Shown: piece after piece, positions 1 to 10,413 of the stretch
Layout of the letters: each line of letters opens with the position of its first letter
How positions within the stretch are numbered: position 1 is the stretch's first letter
Source: an uncultured Gammaproteobacteria bacterium
GTDB lineage: Bacteria; Patescibacteriota; Microgenomatia; Levybacterales; UBA12049
Assembly: GCA_965230895.1 (NCBI GenBank)
Contig: OZ246394.1
Location: 505,316-569,315 of the forward strand
DNA length: 64,000 nt
Reading direction: 5' to 3'
The notes under the pieces: generated by a model
Seen by the model: only the letters and a program-made list of their open reading frames with translations
What the model was told of the DNA's origin: nothing
Databases searched by the model: none
Program-made: the position numbers and the translations under genes

Positions 1-39
1 AAGCAGCCGAATAGCGCGACAAATAGGCTTCTTACAGCA

Positions 40-2061
40 TTGACTGTCATTTTTGCCCTCTGGACAGTCGCTAATTATTTTTCTCTTAATTCTTCGTCCG
101 CAGATGCAACACTCTTTTGGATTAGAGCTGTCATGTTTATTACTGCTCCACTTGGACCAGTGCTCTATTTATTCATCAAAGCATTCCCCCATCGAGAACT
201 CCAGATAAATAAATCTTTCCTTTATATATTAACTGGCTTAACTTTATTTGTGATGGCAATTGCATTTACTCCGCTTATTTTCTCAGGTGTAACAATTACA
301 AACCAAATTACTCCAACACCAGCACCTGGAATTGTCTTATTTGCTCTTTTATTCATGGGTCTTCCAATTGTCGGCATCTATGAAATTATCCGTAAGTATA
401 AGAAGGCAGTTGGTGTTGAGAAACAGCAATTAAAATTTCTCGTCTTTGGAATTAGTTTGACATTTATTCTTCTTATTCTTACTAATTTTGTCTTTGTCGT
501 CCTTTTCAAATTATCTGATCTTGTGATTTTTGGACCAATTTTCTCGCTTATTTTTGTTGGATTTATATTCTATGCAATTGTGAAGCATCGCTTACTTGCT
601 ATTAGATTTATCATTGCGAGAACGGTTACCTATTCTTTTTTAATTGCAGTTCTCGCATCCATTTATACATTGGGTGTTTTCTTTATCAGTAGATATATCT
701 TCCAAGAGGAATCAATAACACAACAACGATTTACTTCAGCACTCCTTGCGACATTCATTGTTTTGACATTTGATCCCATAAAAACTGCTGTACAGAAAGC
801 AACCGACCATGTTTTCTTCCGAGGTAAATATAATTCAGATGAACTTATATTAGAACTCACAACAATTATTGCATCAACATTTAAGTTAAAAACACTTACA
901 TCAAATACCATGGCAAAGCTTTTTTCTAAACTGCATATAGAAAAAGGTTCATTTATTATTTATCGAAAACAGCATAAATTCTCAGTCATTACAAAAGGAT
1001 ATAAAAAGCCACCAACATATAGAAAAGAAATTGTCGACCATTTATTTGCATTAAAGCGTATGGTAATTCTTGATGAGGAAAAGGATAAAACAGTTAAACA
1101 GATTATGCATAAGCTCGGTGTAGCTATTGCAGTTCCTCTTTCAGAGCGTGAACAAAACGAAGGATTGCTTCTTCTTGGAAACAAAAAATCTGGAGAAATT
1201 TATACACCGCAAGATATTAAAGTGCTCGAAATCTTTGGCCCACTTATCTCAATTGCTATTCAAAACGCGAAGTCTTATGAAGAAATTAAAGGATTTAATA
1301 AGACATTGAGTGACAAAATCACCATAGCTACAAAAGAGTTACAAGACTCACATGAGAAATTAAAAACACTAGATAAACAAAAAGATAAATTCCTAGGAAT
1401 GGCGTCTCATGAATTAAAAACGCCTATTACGTCTATTAAAGCATTTACACAAGTTCTGTATCGAAGAATTGATCGAGAAAAGCATCAGGATTACGCATCA
1501 CTTCTGGAAAATATTAATACACAAACAGATAAAGTAACTAAGTTAATTAATGATCTTCTTAATGTCAGTAATATTGAAGAAGGTAAACTTGTATTAAAGA
1601 AAGAGATGTTTGATGCAAACGCTTTAGTCGCCAAAACTATTTCCGATATTCAGTACACTACAGATACACACCAAATTATGCGAGAAGGAAAATTGAAAAC
1701 ACAAGTCTATGGTGATGCAGATCGTATAGCTCAAGTTATTGCGAACCTGCTTACCAACGCGATTAAGTATTCACCAAAAGCAGATAAACTGATTGTCAAA
1801 GTTGCTGAAGATAAGAAAAACGCTATATTTACTGTCCAGGATTTCGGACCGGGTATTGAAAAGGGAGATATAGAAAAAGTATTCGAAAGATTTTATCGAA
1901 CAAAGGAACATGAAGAAAGAAATATTGCTGGTTTTGGATTGGGATTGTATATCGCGTCAGAAATTGTGAAACGTCATCATGGAAGAATTTGGGTAACAAG
2001 CCAAAAAGGTAAAGGTGCATCATTTAACTTTACTATACCTCTTTATAAATCAACAAATTAA
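40..2061 (+). CDS. Membrane sensor histidine kinase (7TM N-terminus, GAF-like, HisKA/HATPase); 5' end probably lies upstream of the window
   Basis: Multiple TM segments; H-box SHELKTP, N-box NLLTNAIKYS, DFGPGI, GFGLGL. Confidence 0.9.
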   Translation: MTVIFALWTVANYFSLNSSSADATLFWIRAVMFITAPLGPVLYLFIKAFPHRELQINKSFLYILTGLTLFVMAIAFTPLIFSGVTITNQITPTPAPGIVLFALLFMGLPIVGIYEIIRKYKKAVGVEKQQLKFLVFGISLTFILLILTNFVFVVLFKLSDLVIFGPIFSLIFVGFIFYAIVKHRLLAIRFIIARTVTYSFLIAVLASIYTLGVFFISRYIFQEESITQQRFTSALLATFIVLTFDPIKTAVQKATDHVFFRGKYNSDELILELTTIIASTFKLKTLTSNTMAKLFSKLHIEKGSFIIYRKQHKFSVITKGYKKPPTYRKEIVDHLFALKRMVILDEEKDKTVKQIMHKLGVAIAVPLSEREQNEGLLLLGNKKSGEIYTPQDIKVLEIFGPLISIAIQNAKSYEEIKGFNKTLSDKITIATKELQDSHEKLKTLDKQKDKFLGMASHELKTPITSIKAFTQVLYRRIDREKHQDYASLLENINTQTDKVTKLINDLLNVSNIEEGKLVLKKEMFDANALVAKTISDIQYTTDTHQIMREGKLKTQVYGDADRIAQVIANLLTNAIKYSPKADKLIVKVAEDKKNAIFTVQDFGPGIEKGDIEKVFERFYRTKEHEERNIAGFGLGLYIASEIVKRHHGRIWVTSQKGKGASFNFTIPLYKSTN

Positions 2062-2116
2062 CTTTCTTACCGAAAACTCACCAAATAAAACAATTTCCGA
2101 TGATACAATATATAGT

Positions 2117-2326
2117 ATGAATGTTCTTGAACGTCCAAAGAAAGGAAGAATTATCGCTGGCGTCGCAGCTGGTATCGCAAATTACTTTCATATCAGAGTT
2201 TTATTCGTGAGAATTATTTGGATATTATTATTTTTGCCAGGTGGTTTCCCAGGACTTTTCCCTTATCTTATTTTATGGCTTCTTATTCCTTCTGAGAAGA
2301 GCAATTCTGAAACCGCAAAAGCATAG
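2117..2326 (+). CDS. pspC: PspC domain membrane protein
   Basis: LERPKKGRIIAGVAAGIANYF...YLILWLLIP signature; start taken at ATG 2117 just after a TATAGT -10 box. Confidence 0.85.
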   Translation: MNVLERPKKGRIIAGVAAGIANYFHIRVLFVRIIWILLFLPGGFPGLFPYLILWLLIPSEKSNSETAKA

Positions 2327-2373
2327 TCTCACTTGTTTATATAAGCTCAACATTTTTGTGCTATGATGCAGAT

Positions 2374-3321
2374 ATGAAAACCGCATATAAAAAAGCTGTA
2401 TTTATTATCAATCCTGCAAGCGGACAAGGCGATCCGAACAGAAGAATTAGCGAGATAAAGACTATCGCAAAATCGTATGGATGGACGGGTAAAACACTTT
2501 TAACTACCAAGAAAAAGAATGCTGAAGTTTTGGCCAGAAATGCAATAGCTGATGGAGCGAAGCATATCGTTATTTGTGGCGGCGATGGGACAATTATGGA
2601 AGCTTTACAAGCTGTGATAAATACCCAAGTTGTACTCGGCATTGTCCCACTTGGAACAGGAAATTTACTTGCACAAAACTTAGGTCTGATCTATCCGCTT
2701 GATGAAGCAATCAATATTGCCCTTTTGGGAAAAATACAAAAAATTGATGTAGGGAAGGCAAATGATAAGTTTTTCGCAATTATTGCAGGGATTGGTTTTG
2801 ATGCTGATTTGATGAAAGAAACCAAAAGAGAACTCAAAAGAAAATATGGATTCTTCGCCTATCTTTTCAGTAGTATTAAAGCATTTAATAAGAAATCTGG
2901 CTGGTACGAAGTTTCTGTTGATGGTAAACCCTCAAAGAAGTTTAAAGCAAAGAGTATTATGATTGCCAATATGGGCAAACTACAAGCTGGATTTGAAGCA
3001 GTACCAAATGCACATTATCGAAATGGCATTTTACAAATTGCAATTATTCAAGCTTCGACTCTTCGTTCATTTCTTAATCTTGTCGCAAACGCACTTTTAG
3101 GGACACTACAAAGAAGTCCACATTATACTTTATTAACAGGGAAAAGTGTTCGTGTTTCTCCGTTGCGAGGAGCAAAACCATACCAGTTGGATGGGAACCA
3201 TTTTCCTCCGATAGCGACTCTTGAAGTAGAAATTTTCCCGAAGTCAGTTTCAATACTTGTAACTCCTGACGAAAAGGGTTTAAAAAATAAGCTCCCCTCT
3301 TTATTGCAATTTAAGAAATAG
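2374..3321 (+). CDS. Diacylglycerol kinase family lipid kinase (YegS/BmrU-like)
   Basis: INPASG, CGGDGT, PLGTGN, GIGFDA, QLDG motifs. Confidence 0.92.
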   Translation: MKTAYKKAVFIINPASGQGDPNRRISEIKTIAKSYGWTGKTLLTTKKKNAEVLARNAIADGAKHIVICGGDGTIMEALQAVINTQVVLGIVPLGTGNLLAQNLGLIYPLDEAINIALLGKIQKIDVGKANDKFFAIIAGIGFDADLMKETKRELKRKYGFFAYLFSSIKAFNKKSGWYEVSVDGKPSKKFKAKSIMIANMGKLQAGFEAVPNAHYRNGILQIAIIQASTLRSFLNLVANALLGTLQRSPHYTLLTGKSVRVSPLRGAKPYQLDGNHFPPIATLEVEIFPKSVSILVTPDEKGLKNKLPSLLQFKK

Positions 3322-3340
3322 CGTGTATACTGAAGTGGTT

Positions 3341-3574
3341 ATGTATTATTCACATGATTGCACGTATTGTCACAAAGTATTTTACACGTACAATAGCGAC
3401 CGACACGCTGCTGCTTCTACCTTGTATTATGGTATTAAAAAGCATCTGGTCGATTATAACGAAGATGAAAAAGAACATGAACTTGATGATGGTCCATCAA
3501 TGGATATAGCTCAGATCGAAGGTGCAATGACTGAACTTGCTGATGCTCCTGCAGGAGCATATGAACTAAAATAA
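3341..3574 (+). CDS. Small hypothetical protein with CxxC/His (possible zinc binding)
   Basis: ORF with HDCTYCH and a later His; converges on the next gene. Confidence 0.6.
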   Translation: MYYSHDCTYCHKVFYTYNSDRHAAASTLYYGIKKHLVDYNEDEKEHELDDGPSMDIAQIEGAMTELADAPAGAYELK

Positions 3575-3838
3575 TTAGTCTCTCTCCACCGTAATTGTAC
3601 ATTCCACCACAAGGGCAGCGATAGCTCCAACACCTGCAAGTACAGGCGCGATAGCTACACCCACGAGTCCAAGAGTTAATGGGAATACAACAAGAGTTTT
3701 TCCATTTTTATCTTTAATAGTGATTTTTCTGATATTTCCTTCCTTAATTAATTCTTTTACCTTTTTAACAAGGTTTTCTCCATTAACTTCAAAAGATTCT
3801 TCCTTTTTGTTTTCAGTTTTTGTTTTTGCAGCTGGCAT
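3575..3838 (-). CDS. DUF4342 domain protein
   Basis: EESFEVNGENLVKKVKELIKEGNIRKITIK...AALVVECTITVER; strong SD AGGAGGTG. Confidence 0.85.
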   Translation of the reverse strand: MPAAKTKTENKKEESFEVNGENLVKKVKELIKEGNIRKITIKDKNGKTLVVFPLTLGLVGVAIAPVLAGVGAIAALVVECTITVERD

Positions 3839-3931
3839 ATAATCACCTCCTTTACGTACTCTATTGTAACACTTCCTATCAATAAAATTGTCATTCTCTG
3901 CAGTCTATCGTATAATAGTTAAGCCCATATT

Positions 3932-5149
3932 GTGAAAATAGGAATATTTACTGACGCTTATCTGCCTCTCCCAAACGGTGTCGCCACAGCGGTCGATAGG
4001 ACTGCACGTGCTTTAGAAAAGCATGGACATGAAGTTACGATAGTTGCTCCCAATGTGCCAGGCTATCAAGATACAGACGATCATATCTACAGACTTCCTT
4101 CTGTTGGATTTTTAGCAACAGGTACAAGATTCGCGCTCCATGTGCCAAATAAAACCCTCCTGCAAATCGTGCAAAAAGAATTTGATGTTATTCATGCTTA
4201 CAATGGTGGTCCAATCAGTCTATTGGCCTGGGAATTGGCAAAAACAAAAAGAATTCCTTATGTCTTTAGTTATTGCACATTGCTTGTGCAATACAAGCAC
4301 TATCTAGGGAAATGGTTGGGCAATGAAGCATTTATGCGCATGCTTAGTCGTGTCATTTGTAATTATTGTGATTACCTTATCGTCCCGACTGAAGCAGTAA
4401 AGAGAGAATTAATAGAGTATGGAGTTGAAAAACCTATGCATGCTCATCCAACTGGAATCGAGCTTGACCTTTACCAATCAGGGAAAAAAGGGTTTATTCG
4501 AAAGAAGCTTGGATTGGGCAAACAAACAAAGATCCTCCTTCATGTCGGTCGATTAGGGAAAGAAAAAGCAATCGATTTTATTATTGATGCATTTGTCCAA
4601 ATTCAAAAGAAAACTCCAGATAGTGTTCTTGTACTTGTAGGTGAGGGTGCTGACAAAGACATTTTGCAGGAGCGAGTTGATCAGGTAGGATTGCATGATA
4701 AAGTTCATTTCCTCGGGGTTTTCTCTCCAGAAAAATTGCCTGATATTTATACAGATGCTGATATTTTTCTCTTTGCTTCACAAACGGAAACGCAAGGACT
4801 TGTAATTCTCGAAGCGCTTGCTTCATCACTTCCGATCGTCGCAGTCAAGGATAATGTGTTCGATGGGATTCTCGAAGATGGAAAGAACAGCTATCTAGTC
4901 AAAAAAGATAAGAACGTTTATGCAGATAAAGTGGTAAAGCTATTGCAGGATGAAAAACTCCGTAAAGAATTTGCAGAACAAAGTTTGAAATCTGCGCAAA
5001 AATTCTCAATTGAGAAGACTGCGATTGAACTCGAAACAATCTTCGAAGAGCTGATTCGTGAATTTGACCAAACGCCTTTAAGCTCTCGCAGAAAATACCT
5101 TTATAAATTCCACGGATTAATGAAGCCATTTTTATTGGTGAGGAAATAA
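3932..5149 (+). CDS. GT4 glycosyltransferase (diacylglycerol glucosyltransferase-like)
   Basis: MKIGIFTDAYLP..NGV, GRLGKEK, ETQGLVILEA. Confidence 0.9.
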   Translation: MKIGIFTDAYLPLPNGVATAVDRTARALEKHGHEVTIVAPNVPGYQDTDDHIYRLPSVGFLATGTRFALHVPNKTLLQIVQKEFDVIHAYNGGPISLLAWELAKTKRIPYVFSYCTLLVQYKHYLGKWLGNEAFMRMLSRVICNYCDYLIVPTEAVKRELIEYGVEKPMHAHPTGIELDLYQSGKKGFIRKKLGLGKQTKILLHVGRLGKEKAIDFIIDAFVQIQKKTPDSVLVLVGEGADKDILQERVDQVGLHDKVHFLGVFSPEKLPDIYTDADIFLFASQTETQGLVILEALASSLPIVAVKDNVFDGILEDGKNSYLVKKDKNVYADKVVKLLQDEKLRKEFAEQSLKSAQKFSIEKTAIELETIFEELIREFDQTPLSSRRKYLYKFHGLMKPFLLVRK

Positions 5150-5695
5150 TTAGTGCGTTGGTTCGAGAAGCTTCCAATTATGGGAGACATATGGTTCACT
5201 GCAAAGATTCCTATTAAAACAACATGGTCGTCGCATCCCTTTGTTAAGTTTATCCAGCATAACTTCAAGATGCTTCTGTCGGGTTTCTGCCGTCTTAACA
5301 GCGCGTACCCAACGAATCCAATCCCAACGTGCCATTGGAGTTATATCATGCCAAAGCTCTTCAGCTTTTTCCGATGTCTGTAAAGCTTTTTGTACATCAT
5401 CAGGTACTTCTGGCTCTATCCATTCTTTTGTTGGTTCGAGAGAAACATGTACAGTATCGCCTGCTGAAGCTTTTGCCTGTTTAAGCAAATCTTCATCTGG
5501 TTGAAACCAATGGCTTGGCTTTAGTCCTGGACCATATGTACCATCTGGTTCGAGTAATGTTTTAAACGGGACACCATTAAGAGTTCCCGCAACCATAGTC
5601 ATCCCTCTTGAAGGGAGTTGGACTGACGCTTCGACTGGCAGATGCAAAATCGTCCAGGATTTAATTTTAAAAAGTTTTGTTTCAAATTGAATCAT
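5150..5695 (-). CDS. DUF1905 / YdeI-OmpD-associated family protein
   Basis: LPSRGMTMVAGTLNG; VPDDVQKAL...WIRWV..K..ETR. Confidence 0.8.
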   Translation of the reverse strand: MIQFETKLFKIKSWTILHLPVEASVQLPSRGMTMVAGTLNGVPFKTLLEPDGTYGPGLKPSHWFQPDEDLLKQAKASAGDTVHVSLEPTKEWIEPEVPDDVQKALQTSEKAEELWHDITPMARWDWIRWVRAVKTAETRQKHLEVMLDKLNKGMRRPCCFNRNLCSEPYVSHNWKLLEPTH

Positions 5696-5704
5696 AGCTA
5701 TAGA

Positions 5705-6271
5705 TTATATAACAACCTTTGTTACGTTAAACGTGATACTTGTTCTCATAGATGTAAGTTCTTCAACTTTAGTTCTTTCAAGTTTTATCTTATCTGTATC
5801 TATATTTTCCAAGAGTTTTAGTCCTGATCCAAGGAGCACTGGCATAATATCGACCTGTAGTTCATCGCATAATCCTGAATTAAGACATTGCTGGACAGTA
5901 TTTGCGCCTAAAACTTGAATGTCCTTATCTCCCGCTGCTTTTTTTGCTTGAGAAATGGCGCTTTCAATACCATCGGTTACAAATGTAAAACGGATTTTGC
6001 CATTGCCTTCAGGATACTTTTCAGGAGGATTATGTGTCAGGACAAAAATAGGAGTTTGGAATTCATAGTCATCGTTCGCCCAGGAAAATGGATCTGCCAT
6101 TTCATACACATGCCTTCCCATAATAACAGCACCAGTATCATCAATCATTTTCTGAAAAGAAGGAACCTTATGAAGTTCTCCGAAATCTGGATAGAGCTTA
6201 TCAACACTGCCATTCTTGTCATTAACAAAGCCATCAAATGACATAGCCATACCAGCAATCACTTTTCCCAT
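5705..6271 (-). CDS. Dihydrofolate reductase / RibD C-terminal family protein
   Basis: MSFDGFV, VIMGRHVY, DELQVDIMPVLLGSG. Confidence 0.88.
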   Translation of the reverse strand: MGKVIAGMAMSFDGFVNDKNGSVDKLYPDFGELHKVPSFQKMIDDTGAVIMGRHVYEMADPFSWANDDYEFQTPIFVLTHNPPEKYPEGNGKIRFTFVTDGIESAISQAKKAAGDKDIQVLGANTVQQCLNSGLCDELQVDIMPVLLGSGLKLLENIDTDKIKLERTKVEELTSMRTSITFNVTKVVI

Positions 6272-6366
6272 ATGGAAATTATAATCTTTTATTAGGACTA
6301 TTCCAAGTCGAAGTCTTGAATGTTAAGCAATTGCTTTACAGGCATAAATAAAATATAATTCCTCAC

Positions 6367-7512
6367 ATGGAAAAACCACGGCCAAGAGAATTAGCTTTTC
6401 ATAAAGAGACTTCAGGAAGGTCTGAATTTACCGTTTTAGATAAAGCTGCATATATTGATCAGCTCCACCAACTAATTCCTCAAGCGCAAAGACGCGTTTG
6501 GTTACAGACGATGACCTTTGATGGGAATGGTCCCTTTGTAGATCTTAAAAATCTTGTTGTAGATTCCGCTACAAGAGGTGTAGATACACGATACACTGTC
6601 GACGCATATCATAAGCTTCTTGTTGCTGGACGTCCATATTACCTTCCAGGCATTAAACCCTCTACTAAGCAAAAGCTGAGAGAAAAAACAGGTGAAAGAA
6701 AAGCTGCATTAGACGAATTTGAGCAGAATAATGTCTTAGTAACTGTTACCAATCCACCAAGCACACTGAAAGAACGAGTTAATCCTGCAAGAGGAAGAAA
6801 TCATATTAAGATGGCAATTATTGATGATGTCGCTTTTGTAGGAGATCTGCATAATTTTGTCAGTAAAGATCAACCTGGTATTATGATAAAAGTAACTGAT
6901 CCATTGCTGGTTAAAGGATTATCAGATGTCTTTACTTCGGCAGCAAAAGGCAGAGGAGGTTCAGATTATGAAATCACTGGGAGCAAGGATACAAAATTAC
7001 TCATTGATACGGGGGTAAACCATCAGTCTCTTATCTTGGACAGAGCTACAGCATTGGCTGATCAAGCAGAATCCTCGATACGTATGCACACACAACATAC
7101 TCCTGATGGTAAAGTCTTAGATGCTCTTCAAAAGGCTCAAGATCGTGGATTAGCTGTTTCAGTAGCAATTGCGGATCCTCAATTGGTGCTTAGACCTCTG
7201 TCAAGATTGTTTGACGCGAGATCACAATTGAAGTTGAAAAGAGCTGGTTATACATTCCCAATCTTAGAAATTTCCAGATGGGTACACTCCAATATTTTAC
7301 TTATTGATCAAGCATTGCCTTCTGCACAAGCAATTGTAGGTACACGATGTTTTTCTGATACGCTTGCAGATTGGGGAACCAATGAAGTTGCATTACAATC
7401 TGAAAATGCAGATTTACTTCAGCAATTAACAGCGCATACGCACAATGTAGAATCTTTAGGAACTCCACGAGATCATAATCGTACTGTAAAGCAAATTGTT
7501 TTTCGTCGGTAA
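6367..7512 (+). CDS. Phospholipase D-like protein with one intact and one degenerate HKD motif
   Basis: RNHIKMAIIDD (HxKxxxxD); second motif HSNILLID. Confidence 0.7.
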   Translation: MEKPRPRELAFHKETSGRSEFTVLDKAAYIDQLHQLIPQAQRRVWLQTMTFDGNGPFVDLKNLVVDSATRGVDTRYTVDAYHKLLVAGRPYYLPGIKPSTKQKLREKTGERKAALDEFEQNNVLVTVTNPPSTLKERVNPARGRNHIKMAIIDDVAFVGDLHNFVSKDQPGIMIKVTDPLLVKGLSDVFTSAAKGRGGSDYEITGSKDTKLLIDTGVNHQSLILDRATALADQAESSIRMHTQHTPDGKVLDALQKAQDRGLAVSVAIADPQLVLRPLSRLFDARSQLKLKRAGYTFPILEISRWVHSNILLIDQALPSAQAIVGTRCFSDTLADWGTNEVALQSENADLLQQLTAHTHNVESLGTPRDHNRTVKQIVFRR

Positions 7513-7529
7513 TCCCGTATAATTCATGT

Positions 7530-8339
7530 ATGGTAAAGATTGCTACATACAACATTCTCTTATCCAGGCATCCTGATGAAATCATAAAGAATATCACTTC
7601 AATGGCTCACGGAGGAGTTGCTATTTTTTGTTTACAGGAAGTTTTAGAGAGTGATGATAATCCTTTTATTATTGAAGAACTGCTTAGTCGCTTGGGTAAG
7701 GATTGGAAAGCAGCTTCCCATGTAGGTGATGGAAAATCATTTCTAGATTTTGGAACAAGTATCATTTGGAATAGTCGAGTTCTCCAACTTGAAAAAACAG
7801 AAAAGATACTGCTTCCTACAGCCAAAAGATTGACCTTTCCAGAATGGGCATTTCATAAACTTGCGGGACTACAAGCCGTGACACCTCCAAGAAGAGCAAT
7901 TAGTTGTTTGTTTAACTCTAATAATAAACAGCTATTAGTAACAAGTGTTCACCTTGATAGTGTTGGCGGAAAAGCTAATCGTTTGAAACAGTTACGCTAC
8001 CTCCTTAGAAAAGCTAATAACAATTATCATATTGTCTGTGGTGATTTTAATAGCTTTGATTTATTGAAAACTGGGCAAGAAGAGAAAAACATACAAAGAG
8101 TACTTGGCGCTACCTATGTTGATGCTACAAAGGATATTGCTTGGAGTGCAGATATTAATCGAATGGATACCCCTAAACATTTTCCATTTTTCATCATGCT
8201 TATTAAGAGCTTACAGATCCACATAAAAAGAAAGCTTGACTATATTTGGGTGAAAAATCTTAACGTGAAAAAATGTAAAGTGTTGGACGCAAAAGGATCA
8301 GATCATCTCCCCGTTATTGCGAATCTCGAATTAAATTAA
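7530..8339 (+). CDS. Endonuclease/exonuclease/phosphatase family protein
   Basis: TYNI, LQEV, HL, GDFN, LDYIW, SDHLP. Confidence 0.9.
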   Translation: MVKIATYNILLSRHPDEIIKNITSMAHGGVAIFCLQEVLESDDNPFIIEELLSRLGKDWKAASHVGDGKSFLDFGTSIIWNSRVLQLEKTEKILLPTAKRLTFPEWAFHKLAGLQAVTPPRRAISCLFNSNNKQLLVTSVHLDSVGGKANRLKQLRYLLRKANNNYHIVCGDFNSFDLLKTGQEEKNIQRVLGATYVDATKDIAWSADINRMDTPKHFPFFIMLIKSLQIHIKRKLDYIWVKNLNVKKCKVLDAKGSDHLPVIANLELN

Positions 8340-8376
8340 TCTTTCTTTCTGCATTTTGGTTAAGTAAAATTGTAGT

Positions 8377-8910
8377 ATGAAACTTATTCTTCTCTATGGA
8401 GCACCCGCTACAGGCAAGTATACAATCGCAACCAAACTTGCTCAAAAAACTGGATATTCCTTTTTGCACAACCATGCCATCCTTAACCCTTTGAGTGAAA
8501 TTTTTGGCTTTGATCATCCTGCTCGAAAGAGACTAGAGAAGGAATTTCGAGTAAGAATAGTTGAGGAAGCCGTTTCTGCAAATATAAACATTATTCTTAC
8601 GGGAGTAATTATGCGAGACAATGAGGGTTTCTATCGAAAATTACTACAAATCGTTGATGAGGCAAAGAATGAGCTATTTTTGGTGCATTTAACTGCTTCA
8701 CAAGATGAACTTCATAAGAGGATAACAAACGATTCAAGAAAGTCATTGAATAAGCTAGTCTCGCAAGAAAAATTAAAAGATTGGCTAGAAAAGTATCCTG
8801 AATCTTTAACAAAATTGGAGTATAAAAAACATTTGACAATTGATACAACGAAGATAGCACCTGATGATGTTGTAGAACAGATTTCAAAACTTTCAATCTT
8901 CACTGAATAG
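8377..8910 (+). CDS. P-loop kinase (AAA_33/shikimate-kinase-like)
   Basis: GAPATGKYT Walker A. Confidence 0.8.
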   Translation: MKLILLYGAPATGKYTIATKLAQKTGYSFLHNHAILNPLSEIFGFDHPARKRLEKEFRVRIVEEAVSANINIILTGVIMRDNEGFYRKLLQIVDEAKNELFLVHLTASQDELHKRITNDSRKSLNKLVSQEKLKDWLEKYPESLTKLEYKKHLTIDTTKIAPDDVVEQISKLSIFTE

Positions 8911-8948
8911 TTACACAATAAGAACAAAAAAGCGGCTTCTAGAACTGA

Positions 8949-9458
8949 CTATTTAACATCTACACCAACATATTTGTATAATTTTTGCAGGTTTTCCTCA
9001 ATGGGTTCAACAGAATCAAGTAAAAGATGTGGATACGACCATTCTTCATAGATACCTTTTACTTTTTGTACCTCCTGCCAATCAGCTGGGGTCCATCCTT
9101 CAACCATTTCTGATCTGCTTTTTATTCGTTCTTCCCAGACCTTTTCCTCAGAGCACTTGCAGACAATGAAGTATATTTCAGCATGTGTTTTGCTAGCGAT
9201 TCCAGATATTTGTTCTCTAAGAGATTCTGTAGTAAACACAGCATCAAGAATAATCGAAACATTATTTTGGAGGTTTAGTTTACTTAATTCAAAGAAAACT
9301 TCATACCCAGCTTTACCGTTGAGCGTATCAATTCTTTCAAGACCACGGTCTATGGCATCTTTCGTAATGAGCGCCCATCCGGTTTGTTGAGCCAATCTAT
9401 AACTGAGTGTGCTTTTACCAACACCAGGAGGACCACTAAAAATAACAATCTTAGCCAT
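8949..9458 (-). CDS. P-loop kinase (AAA_33 family)
   Basis: GPPGVGKST Walker A; IILDA. Confidence 0.82.
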   Translation of the reverse strand: MAKIVIFSGPPGVGKSTLSYRLAQQTGWALITKDAIDRGLERIDTLNGKAGYEVFFELSKLNLQNNVSIILDAVFTTESLREQISGIASKTHAEIYFIVCKCSEEKVWEERIKSRSEMVEGWTPADWQEVQKVKGIYEEWSYPHLLLDSVEPIEENLQKLYKYVGVDVK

Positions 9459-9708
9459 ATGAAAATTATACCATCGAGGAATTAACTTGATGCAAAAAAA
9501 GTTTGGGTAAACTACCGAATGATGTTCGAACCTATTTTAGTATTATTTCGGTAGAAGAAAGAGAATTTTTCAAAGCACACCTAGGTATCTTAAAACAAAC
9601 TATTATCTCATGAAATACTTTTCATTTATTGACTTCTAGATTAAATGCTATGCATACCATAATAGTTGTTTTAGCCTCATTATATTGATATAATCCATCA
9701 ACGATATT

Positions 9709-10404
9709 ATGGCTAGACATGAACAAGAGCACACACAAAGAAGAGCGCCTGATGGAAGAGCTTTTTTTGACTCAACAAAAACTAGGGTTGGATTAGAATT
9801 TGCACGAGGGGAGCGTTTTCCATCACCTTACTCAAAAATAGTCCCTAACACAGAAGCGATTAGTAGAGCGGCAGAATGGAGAGCGGGAGGAGAGAGAGTT
9901 GTGATGGTAGACTCTGTTGTAGATATCCCTCATTATCGACATGCAGACTATTTTAGAGCATGTGCAAACTTAGGCAATAGATTAATTGTAAGAGTTGAAG
10001 CTGATGAATTAGTTAAAACCCGTAAAGATCCACGCGGACCTATTGTCCCTTTTGAGGCTCGAGCTTTACACGTAGCACATTATCCATATATTGATGTAGT
10101 TACTGATCAAGTAGTTCATGGTTTAGATTTTCTTGAGGACTTTCAACCAGATGTTCTTGTAAAGTCTGTTACAAGTGGACCACTGATTATCCAACAAATA
10201 GATGAACTCAGTGCACATAGAGAAAGGTATCCAATGGATGTGGTAGTTATGGATCAATTTGCAAATATTGTCGATCCATCAACAGCATATGAAGAAGGTA
10301 CTGCCTACGATGCAGATAAATATGGTTCTGATAAATTATCTGGATCAACAATTAAACAGGAAATTACAAGACGTGTACTTGAAGATCACAGACCAACAAA
10401 CTAG
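9709..10404 (+). CDS. Cytidylyltransferase-like (RfaE/HldE domain II-like) protein
   Basis: DIPHYRH (HxGH variant), LIVRVEADE, KDPRGPIV, PDVLVK, SGSTIK. Confidence 0.7.
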   Translation: MARHEQEHTQRRAPDGRAFFDSTKTRVGLEFARGERFPSPYSKIVPNTEAISRAAEWRAGGERVVMVDSVVDIPHYRHADYFRACANLGNRLIVRVEADELVKTRKDPRGPIVPFEARALHVAHYPYIDVVTDQVVHGLDFLEDFQPDVLVKSVTSGPLIIQQIDELSAHRERYPMDVVVMDQFANIVDPSTAYEEGTAYDADKYGSDKLSGSTIKQEITRRVLEDHRPTN

Positions 10405-10413
10405 AATATAAAT

